Assembly (NCBI RefSeq): GCF_030028105.1
Contig: NC_092380.1
Location: 81,217,717 to 81,281,716, forward strand
DNA length: 64,000 nucleotides
Source of the DNA: Mobula birostris
Taxonomy: Eukaryota
Direction: 5' to 3'
The translations under genes and the position numbers were made by a program. Positions 52,470 to 64,000 of the stretch are shown here, one piece after another; within the stretch, counting starts at the first letter, position 1, and each line of letters starts with the position of its first letter. The notes under the pieces were generated by a model. The model was not told where the DNA came from. It did not search any database and worked only from the letters and a program-made list of their open reading frames with translations.

Positions 52470-54200
52470 TCTTGCAGATTATTACAGTTCCTTTCAAATA
52501 TGCCATTGATTTTTCCCTATTTATGCTCTGATTTATTGAGAGGTTGGATTTTTCGTGTCTACATACTACTGTCACTGGTGCCTTCATTCCACTGCTAGTC
52601 ATGATTTCAATTGAAACTGATTCCATATTACCACCCAATATCTTTAAATCATGATGCAGCATTGTTCTGATTCCTTCCTTGATTAAAACCCCATTCTACC
52701 TCTCTTCCCTATGATCAGCTCTTTTAGAACAGATTATCACCTGAAAAATGGGGTTTCAATTCTAGTCACTATGTTTCTGTAATTGCAATTATGCCATGCA
52801 TGCTATATATTTTGCTATCTGTGCTACCATCTCATCTGTCTTGTTGAAAATGCAATGTGTATTCCAATAGAGAATAGTCAGCTTTGTTTTTTTTTCCACA
52901 GATGTTCGCAACTCTAGATTTGACACTATTTTTTGCATATTTCCATTTGCATCTTCTGCCCTGGCCTATCATACTATAACAGTCAATTCCCCCCTCACTA
53001 CCCACCAGTAATGCCACCAGTCTTTGAATTCTACTTGTTCCATTAGACCTTATGTTCTTGTTGCCCTCTCACCTCACCCCACTCTCTCCCATCATTAGTG
53101 CCTATATGGACCACATCAATGCATCCTCCCCCTCTAATTCTGTTTCATTTTCAGCACAGAAGAGATGTCCTTAACCCTAATGCAAAGCAGGCACACAACC
53201 TTCGAGACTTTCCATCTTTGCTACAGAGAATTCTGTTTATTCTTCTAACTATGCTATCTCCTATGACCATTATATTCTCGCCCCCATTTGAAAACCTTCA
53301 TGTGCCATGGTGTGATAAATAGTTTGCACATTCTCCCTACAGTCACCACCCTCATCCAGAAAGGAAGCAAGAACCTAGTGTTTCTTTGACAAAGCTAAGG
53401 ACTGAGATACCTCCAGAATGATCCTTTTGGTCCCCCCGCCTGCTCTTTCTGCTGTCACACTATCTTGTCCCTGACCAATCACCAGTTTAGGAGTAGCTAA
53501 TCTCATGGGTGCGTGGCTGTCTCCTGAAATAACGTGTCCATGTAACTCACATCTCCCTGAAGATGTTGCAAAGAACGGGTGAACCCAAACGCAGGACACT
53601 GGCACGGAGATAGAGTTAGGATGCAGACGAGAGCGTGAGCGTGGTGGGAGCTGAACAGCAAACAGGAGGGTGAACGGAAAAGCAGGAGGCAGGCAAAACT
53701 TTTCTTGACACAGGGCGTTGCTGGAGCTGAACGGCAAACAGGAGACAGGCGGCAGGCAACACTTATCTTGACACGGAGTGTTAAATGGAAAGGCGAACAA
53801 CAGGCAATACTTATCTTGACTCGGAGAGACAGAGTTACACAGGTGAACCTCGGTACCGAGGTAAAAATTAGAATACACAATCCTAAGCAGCCAGGAACGT
53901 GAATTACCACACTGGCTGAAACAACGATCTGGCAATGAGTGGATACAAAGCCGGGATATTTATGCTGCAGGTCTAGATGAGAATCAGGTGTGCTGCGATC
54001 AAAGGGAATTAGGAGAATATGGGGAATTAACGGTCGGGACCATGACAGAAGATACACAATACTTGGAGCTCAAAGTCCAGCTGACGGTGCCAGAGTTCCT
54101 CATGTAGTCCACACTTGCTGCAGATCTGCTCACGGTTTACCAAGTGTTCGCACATGGTGCAGCTATAATGAATCACTCACTCCACCGTCTGTTTTAATTA
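52470..54200 (-). mobile_element. Old CR1 5' region (ORF1/endonuclease remnants)
   Basis: Decayed APE-like sequence at 52700-52870 and ORF1-like sequence continuing on both sides of the solo LTR. Confidence 0.5.
53564..54047 (-). mobile_element. Solo LTR, 484 bp
   Basis: TGTTGCA...CCATGACA with a perfect 5-bp TSD GAAGA; internal CAGGCAA.ACTT.TCTTGAC repeats (x3). Confidence 0.9.
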
Positions 54201-55360
54201 ATTAGTTTTATTCATTGATTGAATTAGTTTTTATTAACTCTCACCACTTTAGGAGTACAGATATTGCTTACATTAATGTGCCCTAACTTTAATCTCTTGA
54301 CCAATCATAATATGCAGAAAGAAAACTAGCGATCACTTCCTTATTTACCACAATGAGCTGACTTGTACGTACCAAACAGCTGTCTTCTATTGCTGCACCT
54401 CACTTTCTGAAAACTGCTACTGCCTTGCCCAGGTCCTCTTCTCTCGCCTGCCACTTCTGACAAGGGGAGGGGACTTGCTTTATTTGCTCATAAGCAAAGA
54501 CTGTTTATAGACAAAAATATCTGCAAAAATAGTTTCAATATCTTTGTTCTTTTGGGGCAAGCCAACTCCTAGAGCAGGTCACATTTCCTAAAACATTGAA
54601 ATTGGGTCAATGCAAATATTTGTGTTGGAAAGTGAAGAACTTCAGGTTGTTAACATTTGGATGCTGCAGCTCCTTCAGAAATACTTTTTGTTCCACTTTG
54701 GAAATTGTGCATTGTTAATAGAAATAGTTGTTGGGTTTCTTTAAAATTATGATAAATATCTAAAACCATAGGCTACTGTTTATGCATTAAGTGGCTCAGT
54801 TCTGAAGAGTTGAAATATATTTCACTATTTAGAACTAAAACTAGCAAAATAGAATACCTCTTTTCTTTGCCATATTATCAGGTTGAGTTATGAGACAATT
54901 TTCTTATGTAGATTTTGTTTTGTATCTGGGTCGTATAATATCAGTTGAAACAGGAGAAGCAGTATTAGCTCAATGCCTGCATAACCAGATGGTGGTATAT
55001 ATCATGGCATACATCACAAATGCACACTTATGATTAATGCAGCTTACTATTCTTGGCAGATTGCATGATTGCTCAACACCATCACTAAGACTTTGTGATA
55101 TATCACTACAATCTGAGGGCAATGGGTGTGTAATTTATTTCTTGTGCCTTATCATTAAACATCTACCCCAATTTTAAAAGCCTCTCTTATGACAAAATAA
55201 TATTTTACACCGGATGCATCTCATGCACCATCAGTTCCTTGGGCATGCAACAGTAGTCCCCTGGCCTGCAGACCTGGAAATATTTGAAAAAGATAGATTA
55301 GATGTAAGAACAAAACAGAAGCACCCTGTGAAAAAGGATCTAGTGTTTTCCCAGCATATA

Positions 55361-55548
55361 TGACGAATAAACTCTTCCCGTGCTTCCAGGTATTGATTAT
55401 ACCAGGTGTTATCCCGGCCTTCCAGGTATTGATTATAACCAATGTTTCGATGACAAGCTCTGATGAAGATGGCAGAATTTGTCATCAAAACGTCAGTTAT
55501 AATCGATATGTGCACCTGGCTGGAAGCCCAAGAAGAGTTTACTTGTCA
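55361..55548. mobile_element. Inverted-repeat terminus of a second Penelope-like family with a hammerhead motif
   Basis: Arms TGACGAATAAACTCTT...GATTATAACCAATGTTTCGATGACAA and TTGTCATCAAAACGTCAGTTATAATC...AAGAGTTTACTTGTCA flank CTGATGA plus a 7-bp stem II. Confidence 0.7.
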
Positions 55549-56688
55549 AAAGCATCGTGTGTTCAGCAAAAGTGGAGGGAGCTAATATTACAATATGTTA
55601 TGCTATTTATGTAATATATGGATCTATTTCTTTTAGAACAATGACATTCCCCCCCCGCTCTACATATTGATCTGTTATCTACACATGCACATTGTTCTCT
55701 CTCTCTCTATCACTGCAATGCGAATACACCAGTTTAAGTCATCTTCCGTGTGTGTGCTTTTATGTAATTGATATGTAATTATGCACAGACACAACAAATT
55801 AGCAATGGATGTCAGAAAATATGACGAACTACACCGACAGTTATGGGATGAAACATTGAGAGTTGAACAGCACGAGAATGCCGAAGGACTCATGGGTAAC
55901 AGTGAAAGACGTGTTGAATTTAAAGTGAAAATAATGTGGTGATAGCTTCATTTGGGAAAGCTGACGAATTTGATAGTGCTAATCAAGGCTAGGAGCTGAA
56001 CTGTATTGTAACGCGAACAACGTGGAGGAGCAAAAGAAAGCCCCTGCATTTCTTAGCTTAATGGGTGCAAGGACATGCAATCCCTTACAGAACCTAGTAA
56101 CCCCTGGAAAGCCAGCAAGCAAGACATTTGATGAAATTGTTACAATTTTACAAAATCAATTGAGCCCTAAACCACTGGCAATAGCTGAGAGATTTAGATG
56201 TTACAAAAGGAACCAGTCAAAATATGAAAGCATTTCTGTATACATTGCAGAACTGCACAAACTTTCCCGGTACTGTAACTTTAGAGATGGGCTTTCTGAT
56301 GCATTAAGGGACAGGATTGCATGCGGCATGCATTGTCAAAGCACTCAAACATGGCTACTGACAGAAAGAGACCTAACCTTAGAACGGGCATTACCGTTGC
56401 AATATCATTAGAGACTGTAGCAAAGGATGCAGCAGGACTACAGAAAAGGAGGTTAGAATTGAAATGTACAAAATGCCCCTGAATGGGGCAAAAAGCCAAA
56501 GATGTTATCAATGTGGCAAATCCTCCCATGATGCAAATGACTGTTGGTTCAAGGAAAAAGTCTACAGAAAGTGTCACAGATAAGGCCACATAGAGAGAAT
56601 GCAGAAGACAGACAAAAAACACATCCAAGTGAAAAGTCTCAAAAACAAAGCTAAGTAATTGAATAAAGTTATCAAATATAAAACAGAA

Positions 56689-56912
56689 TCCTGCACCTAT
56701 TTTCTATGTTTCTATGTTTCTTGGCTCCATCCCTCCCCCTCCTGTCTTCTCCTATCATTTCGTATCTCTCCCTCCCCCTCCCACTTTCAAATCTCTTACT
56801 AGCTCTTCCTTCAGTTAGTCCTGACGAAGGGTCTCAGCCCGAAACGTCGACTGTACCTCTTCCTAGAGTCGCTTCCTGGCCTGCTGCATTCACCAACAAC
56901 TTTGATGTGTGT
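56689..56912 (+). mobile_element. CR1 3' tail fused to a Penelope 3' end, inside Gypsy copy C
   Basis: TCCTGCACCTATTTTCTATGTTTCTATGTTTC (identical to 20105-20136) joined to sequence matching 34189-34380. Confidence 0.9.
56817..56852 (+). ncRNA. Minimal type I hammerhead ribozyme motif, intact core
   Basis: AGTC-CTGACGA-A-GGGT(CTCA)GCCC-GAAA-CG-TC-GACT: stem I AGTC/GACT, stem II tetraloop, palindromic ACGT in place of helix III, GUC cleavage triplet (cut after 56848). Confidence 0.8.
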
Positions 56913-58519
56913 TCCCTTATGGTATTGGAGCTGTTTTGTCACACATTATTTAAGATGGATTTGAACATTCAGCTGAGTTTGCTTCAAGATCACAACTGCG
57001 CATAGATTGGCTGAGAGGTCCTTAGTCTAGTATGGGGAATAAAAAAGTTCCACCACTACCTCCATGGGCAAAACAGTTATGCTGATGACAGATCACCGGC
57101 CCCTTGTGTTCATTTTCAATCCCAGGAAGGAAATTCCAGTGATCACTGCTATCCAGTTACAACTTTGGACATTATTTCTAGGAGCCCACTCTTATGACAT
57201 AGAGTTCAAGGGTACCAAACAACTCAACAATGCTGATGACTTGTCATGTCTTCCACTGTTGGCAACTGAAGAAGAAAAGTCTTCAGACTGTGACCCAGCA
57301 GAAGTGTTTCACATGGCATTGGTGGACCAGTTGCTGGTAACATATTCCGAAATACAAAAGGGAAACAAGGGATGACCCGACATTGTCAACAGTCTATGAA
57401 ATCACCATGCAAGGATGGCCAGCTCATGGTTTCCCTATGTTTCCAGAGATGAGACCAACTGTCAGTATGTGAAAGAATGCTGATGTGTGGATCTTGAGCT
57501 GTGGTTCCCTCTGAACTGCACATCAGACTGATAGAAAATCTGCGTGATGGACACCTAGGAACAGTCTCGCTCAGAGCTCTGTGTGGTGGCCGGGAATAGT
57601 TCAACAGATTGAAGACTTAGCCAATAGCTGTTTGGGATGCCAAAAAATTCAAAATGCACCCTCACAGGCACCGTTACACCCATGGGAGTGGACCAGTGAT
57701 GTGCACAGTGGATGTTGGAGATCAAACATGGAGACATCACGTGGACCAGATACTGGATGCTCAACTGAAGAACACACTTGAGTAGACTGCATCCAACAAG
57801 ACGGGCACATTACAGTCACCAGTGACTTACCTCTCAGTGATGATGCCACTGACAGCAACGTGACACGGGTATCCAAGAACGTTGTCTTAGGCAAGTCACC
57901 TGCCAAACCTGATGCCACTCCACAGGTCCAGAGGCACTATCCTGAGCGCCACCCAAAAGACTGAATCTTTAGAACTGTGAAGTTAGTGATAGACTGTTAT
58001 TGTGAAAGCATGTTTATTTGGAATATGGATAGTGAAAGGGAAATTAAATGTTTTGTACATATACCATTTAATGGTGCATTAATCTAAAGGAGGAGGAAGA
58101 GTAATGTATGAATCTCTTTCCTTTGGAGCAAAGTCCATCCATCTCACCCCCCACGTCCGACCAGCCGGCTTAGCACACAGTTGTCCACGCATGCACATTG
58201 TTCTTTCTCTCCCTCTCGCTACAATGCAAATACACCAGTTAAAGCCATCACCCATGTGCACACTTTTCTTTAATTGATTTGTAGTTGTGCACAGGCACAA
58301 CAATGTGAATGGCACAACATAGATATGAAATGAAAATTATTTTTAAGATGCGCATCTGAATTTGCTAATTCTATCATGAAGTTTTATTGAGAGTAATCTA
58401 GGCATCTTCAGAGAAGGGGACAGATTCAGAGTATGTCAACCAGCTGAGTTTGGTGTCTGGTGGTCTAAACTGAGTATATACCGTATCTCCTTGTGTTTAC
58501 ATTAAACAGTATTAAAAGA

Positions 58520-58980
58520 TGCAAGGAAACAAACTGCTGGAAGAACTATGTAGGCCAAGTTCAAGTTTAATTGTCATTCAACCATAGACATGAATACAGC
58601 CAGATGAAACTGCGTTCCTCTGTGGCCAAGGTGCAAAATACAGTATATATCAACATACACAGCGCAGAACTTAAAACTATAACTGCTCATAGAGTTACAA
58701 AGAAGAAAATAAAATAGCCCAAGTCTCTGAGCGTCATGGCCTATAGATTGATGATACAGAAGTGTTGATTCCTGGAGCTACATTTATTCATGCAACATCT
58801 GTGGAAGCAAAGAACTGACCAGTACATCAGGTTGAGACGCTGCATAAGGACTGGTGGAGGGTCTTGGTCTGAAATATTGGCCATCTCTATGCCACCACAG
58901 ATGCGGCTTTACCTGCTGAGTTCATTCAGCAATCTGTCTTTTGCCCCACATTCCAGCATATACAGTCTCTTGTGTCTCCA
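58520..58980. mobile_element. Decayed inverted/direct Penelope terminus interrupted by a LINE tail
   Basis: The inverted PLE end (58520-58555 and 58790-58850) and forward end (58855-58980) flank a minus-strand CAAGTTCAAGTTTAATTGTC-tailed fragment. Confidence 0.55.
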
Positions 58981-59509
58981 TTAACAGAAGCTATACAGCT
59001 AGCCATTTTTCTAATAACCATAATGCAGTAGGTTGAACATAGAGAAATCTATTAAAGGGGAACAAACTGTTTACAAACAGTAATGGAGCACCATGTTTTT
59101 GAAAAGTATGATGGATTACATATCACTCATTAATCTGCACTGTCAAGTTCCTGAATAAACAAACTTTCAGCAAAATATCTATTAAATGTCAGTTAATATG
59201 CTTTGTTTCTGGGCATTGAGGTACTGCCTTCACTTTCTGCATGGATGCACTTTAATCATCAATTAAAGCAAACTTTCTTGTTCATTAATAATTAATAGTT
59301 TTCATATTTGGAAGAGTAGGTATTAAGGGGGTTGTTATGAATATTGTAAAATAATATTATTTTCCAATCTATTTTCATATTTTATTGTCATTAGATTGCA
59401 AATGAACTGGAAACCTAATTGTATGTGGTACTGACAACCATGAAACTACTAATCGTTCTCTGCCTAATAATTGTCCTTTAATTAGGTATATTTGCAATGC
59501 AAAATAGGG

Positions 59510-62400
59510 TCATGAAGCATCAAAAAAGGCCTTTCAGCTCAACTTATTCATATTTCTCTAAGCATTTCCTGTCCATGTACCTGTCCAAATGTCTTCTAAA
59601 TATCATGTATAGTGTCTACTGCTTCCTCTGGAAGTTCATTCCGCCCTCTGTATGGAAAAGCTTGAACCTCAGTTTCCCTTTAAAATTTTCCCTCAGTTTA
59701 AAACTATGCACTCAAATTTTAGTATTCCCTACACTGGGAAAAAGACCTATTGCTAAATACCCGATCTAAGCCTCTGACGGTTTTATAAACCTCTGCACAC
59801 GAGATTCCCAACCAGGGGGGTCCCTGCTCTACACAGTCACCCCTCAACCTCCTTCACTTCAGGAAAAACAGACTCAGGCTATCCAGTGTCTCATAACTCA
59901 ACCCCCTTGTGTCTCTTTTCAGCATCTTCTCTAGCTTGATCACGTCTTTCCTGTTGAATGGCAAACAAACTCCACATGATTTTCTAGGTGGGAGCTTGCC
60001 AAAGCCTTATACATCTGTAACATGATGTTCCAACTACAATGAACTAACCGATGAAGGCAAGCTTGTCATTTGGCTTCTTCCCCATCTTGTTCAACTGTGT
60101 TGTCACTTGTATTGCTAGATCTCTATGTTCTATGACACTTCCAAGGGTACTGTTGTTCTCTATATGTGTCCTGCCCTAGTTATCTTCCCTAAATGCATGA
60201 CTTCACACTTGTTTGTGTTAAATTCCATCTGACATTCTTAGTTCTCAGTTGATCTAGATCCTGTTTTAACCTTAGACAACCTTCTTCACTGTTCACTATG
60301 CCAACTATTTTGGTATCGACTGCAAACTTAAATCATGCCACCAACGTTCTCATTGAAATCCTTAATAAATATGACAAACAGCAAGAGGCACAGCACTGAT
60401 ACCTATGATAACATCTGCAAAACTGTTTTCCATTACTATCTTCTGATTCCTACCACCAAGCATATTTTGTATCGTACGAGGGAGCTCATCCTGAATCCCT
60501 TGTGATCTAACCTTCCAGACACCTTTCTTGTCAAAAGCCTTGCTAAAGTTAATGTAGACAACATCTGCCCTCGTCAATACTCTTGGTCACCTCTTCAGAA
60601 AATTCACTTAAATTTGTGATTTCAGGACTTCCCACACAAAGTCATTCTGACTTCAGTCCTTGCCTTTCCAAATGAAGATAGATCCTGTCTTTCAGAAATC
60701 CCACCAGTAGCTTACCCACCACTGATATTAGGCTCACTGGACTGTATATCCCTGGCTTGGGCTTGCAGACCTTCTCAGATTTAGGCAAATCATTAGCTAC
60801 GTATATTCTAATCTTCCAGTACCTTGGCTAAGGAAGATACACAAGTCTCTGTCAAGGCCCCAACAACTTCTTCTCTTGCTTTCCATAAGTCATAAGCTAA
60901 GGTCCCAGTGATTTATCCATGTTTATGCACCTCAAGATTGCCAACATTGTAATGTTGAATATTAATTCATAGCAGTGATGCGTTTGAGGACATCATTTCC
61001 CTGAATTTCTTAGCTTCCATTCACAGTAAATATTGTCAGGAAGTGTTCACTATGACTTTGGCATTCCCCTGTGGCTCCCCACATAGAGGACTGCACTGAT
61101 CCTTAAGGAGACTGATACTCTTCCTCGTTACTCTTTTGTTCTTAATATGCATGGAATCTTTATAGATTTGACGTTACCTTCCCTGCCAAGGATATCTCAT
61201 GTCCATTTTTTTCATTCCTATTGTCCTTCCTCACTGGCCCCTTTGGTTCCTTATTTTTATAAGGAACTCACTTGATTTTAACTCCCCATATATGATATAC
61301 ACGTATGACTCCTTTTTTTTCCTGGCGGGAGTTCAATATTCCATGTCATCCAATGTTCTGTCATTCTGCCAGCCTTGTCCTTCACTCTGACGGGAGCATG
61401 GTGACCCTGAACTCTCCCCATCTTCTTTTGCTGACTATTAGCATATTTCACTATCTATTTTGCTGACTATTCGCTATTGCTGTGACTAAGGAAGATACAA
61501 AAGTCCTTGCAAGGGTCCCAACAATCTTCCTATCCATAATGTCATACGGAACACTTGGTCAGGCCCCAGGGATTTATTCACCTTCCCTACGTCAAGACTG
61601 CCAGTACCTCCTCTTTCATAATATGTGATGTTGTGGGGATGGAACTGGACTCTCTGACAGTGGTGTCTGAAAAGAGGATGCTGTCCAAGTTGCATGCCAT
61701 CTTGGACAATGTCTGCCATCCACTACATAATGTACCTAGGTTGGGCACAGGAGTACATTCAGCCAGAGACTCATTCCACCGAGATGCAACACAGAGCGTC
61801 ATAGGAAGTCATTCCTGCCTGTGGCCATCAAACTTTACAACTCCTCCCTTGGAGGGTCAGACACCCTGAGCCAATAGGCTGGTCCTGGACTTATTTCCTG
61901 GCATAATTTACGTATTACTATTTAACTATTTATGGTTTTATTACTATTTAATTATTTATGGTGCAACTGTAACGAAAACCAATTTTTCCCAGGATCAATA
62001 AAGTATGACTACAACTATGACTATGACTAACCACACTGAAAATAGGAGACCCATTTTCTCCTTTTAGCATTCCCCTTTACCCTATCTCCCAAGGATATCT
62101 CACATCCCTGTTTTACCTGCCGATTTCCTCCTTTAGTGTACTCCTACATTGCTTATAGTCCTCAAGAGCTTTGCTGGATCCAATTTGGTCATATACCTGA
62201 TATATGCCTCCAGTTTCTGGATCAGATCCTCAATATCCTTTTTTAAACAGAGTTCTATAATCCTGTCGGCCTTGTCCTTCACTCTAAAAGGAGTGTGCTG
62301 GCCCTGAACTCTCCCTATCTCACTCAAAAACTTCCCATTTATCTGTTATCCCTTTACCTACTAACAGCCTTTCCCAATCAATCTTTGTTAGTTCCTGCCT
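59510..62400 (-). mobile_element. Decayed CR1 LINE sequence (two overlapping copies of the ORF2 middle region)
   Basis: ORF 60362-60577 reads DVVYINFSKAFDK; segments 60825-61425 and 61484-62325 are mutually homologous. Confidence 0.75.
61624..62028 (+). mobile_element. Young Rex/Babar-type LINE 3' end inserted in CR1
   Basis: VVGMELDSLTVVSEKRMLSKLHAILDNVCHPLH motif, AATAAA and an (ACTATG)n tail. Confidence 0.85.
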
Positions 62401-62714
62401 AATGTCAACAAAATATATACTTATATTTCTAGCAGTGTATTATTACCATTGAGAATTGTTATGTTCTCACAGTCATGGCTTATTAATTGTTTGATTATAT
62501 TTATTATTTCTTTTCCAAATCTGCTGTAATGCTGTACCTTTGTTCCTTAAATGATATGAGAATCACACAATAGGAGGCTGTTCAACTCACTGTGACCACA
62601 TTTACCCATAGGGAGGAATCCCTTTAGTCTCAGGCCCCTTTTCCTTACATCTGTATACCACTGCAACTTACCGTCTCTGGTATATGCTCACCACCACTTC
62701 TTAAATTTGTTTTT

Positions 62715-62920
62715 GCCATTAAACGGCCGAAAATAGTACTTATAGTAACTACCAGTGTGACTTTGAGAAGATGGAAGAAACCAGATCACACAGGAGAGAA
62801 CTGACACAGTCACTGAAAGACATGCAAGCTCTGCACAGGTAGCATTTGAGGTCAGGATTGAATCTGGGTCCCTAGTGCAGTAAGGCAACAGCATCAACTA
62901 TTGCACAGTATACTGCCCTG
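62715..62920 (-). mobile_element. V-SINE (HE1-like), decayed
   Basis: Reverse complement shows a tRNA-like head (GATTCAATCCTGACC) and the V-domain-like core. Confidence 0.7.
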
Positions 62921-63004
62921 CATCACAAATTGCTTCGCTCCAATATCTTAAAAATAACTATTTGCTTGGCTGTCATTAGAAATTAATTTTAATACTACAG
63001 CTGG

Positions 63005-63200
63005 AATTGGAACTGGGATTTGCTTATTATCATCACATGTGCTGAGGTACAATGAGAAGTTTGTCTTGCATTACTGCTCATACAGATAAAGTCATCAAAC
63101 AGTGCACTGAGGTAGTACAAGGTAAAGCAATAACAGAATGCAGAATAAAGTGCAACAGCTACTGAGAAAGTGCAGCACAGGTTGACAGGCAAGCTCATAA
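63005..63200 (-). mobile_element. Rex/Babar-type LINE 3' UTR
   Basis: CTTATTATCATCACATGTGCTGAGGTACAATGAGAAG UTR pattern with a short-repeat tail. Confidence 0.55.
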
Positions 63201-64000
63201 CAAAGTATATTGTGAGTCATGTTCAATCGGAGTCTTAAGCCTTCTGTATGCTCTGGTCAAAAAGCAACCTTTAAGGACACAGCACCATCATATTAAACTG
63301 TTATTTGACAAGTCTATTTGATAGTTCCCCCAGTTTAGGTACCAGACACAATCTATTTGTAATGAAGACTTTGTAAAGATGAATTTCCTGTTTCTATAAA
63401 TATGGTCCAGGTCGATGCTGAATGAATCATCTGATGTTATTTTTTCTCTGTTTCAGTTTACTGGTTATGTTACAACTGAATGGCTTGCTGTGCTATTTAA
63501 AATCAACTAAATTGTTAGGTCTGGAGACATAAGTAAACCAGATGGGCTAAAATGGCACATTTTCTCCCATGAAATGGCTATTTCTTTTTCCATTTTCTTT
63601 GAAGGGGTGAACATCTCTGTATCCACTGACTTGAGGCAGTCAATTACAGACCATGTAACTTGTTTTAGAGTTTTAAGCAAAATCTATACTACACCTCCAA
63701 TCTTTTGCCGATCACATTAAATCTGGATCCTCTAATGGGAACATTTTTTTATTTACCATGTCCGTCATCTTGTGGAAGTGTATCAAATCTGCTCTCAACC
63801 TTTACGTCAAGGAGACCAGCATTGCTTTCTGTTTAATCTTGTTCTTTGAACTATTCTGATAAAGGATTCATGCCGAGTCCCCTGCTCTACTCTTGGTTGT
63901 GTGGTGAGGCACAGCTCAAATGCCATCCATAAATTCACCGATATCAGCAGGATCTCAGATGGCAATGGGGAGGTGGACAGGAATGAGATGGATTGGCTGG

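Larger units (their letters stand above)
55610..58302 (+). mobile_element. Gypsy provirus (copy C, same family as B), internally deleted and rearranged
   Basis: LTRs 55610-55796 and ~58100-58302 resemble the LTRs of B; PPT AAAGGAGGAGGAAG. Gag ORF 56022-56411; RNase H end TDHRPLV...NADDLS at 57064-57375; integrase Zn-finger WWPG...CLGCQ; integrase core absent. Confidence 0.9.

Noticed and set aside
53375-54057. Cys-rich 184-186-aa ORFs
   Set aside because: They largely coincide with a TSD-flanked solo LTR containing internal repeats.
61430-61490. Short GCTGACTATT repeats as a regulatory motif
   Set aside because: They look like filler duplications at the junction between two decayed CR1 copies.

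Overview
Repeat-rich eukaryotic DNA, most likely from a cartilaginous fish (shark or ray), inferred from the V-SINE/HE1-like SINEs and the CR1, Rex/Babar, Penelope and Gypsy content. The window appears to lie inside a plus-strand BRSK2 (SAD-A kinase) gene. Only two coding exons were found (18153-18221 and 38904-39050), separated by a 20.7-kb phase-0 intron; the neighbouring micro-exons were not found by eye. The rest is intron filled with transposons: three decayed Gypsy proviruses, three TSD-flanked solo LTRs, many CR1 and Rex/Babar LINE pieces (one 3.6-kb CR1), Penelope-like elements with RT and GIY-YIG domains, hAT-, P-like, Tigger and Tc1-type MITEs, and SINEs. The most notable hidden signal is a set of minimal type I hammerhead ribozyme motifs in the Penelope termini. 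They belong to two families, several are sense to the BRSK2 pre-mRNA, and two have complete catalytic cores (56817-56852 and 27668-27705). Almost all ORFs in the supplied track are transposon remnants or spurious. All calls were made by eye, and boundaries of old repeats are approximate.
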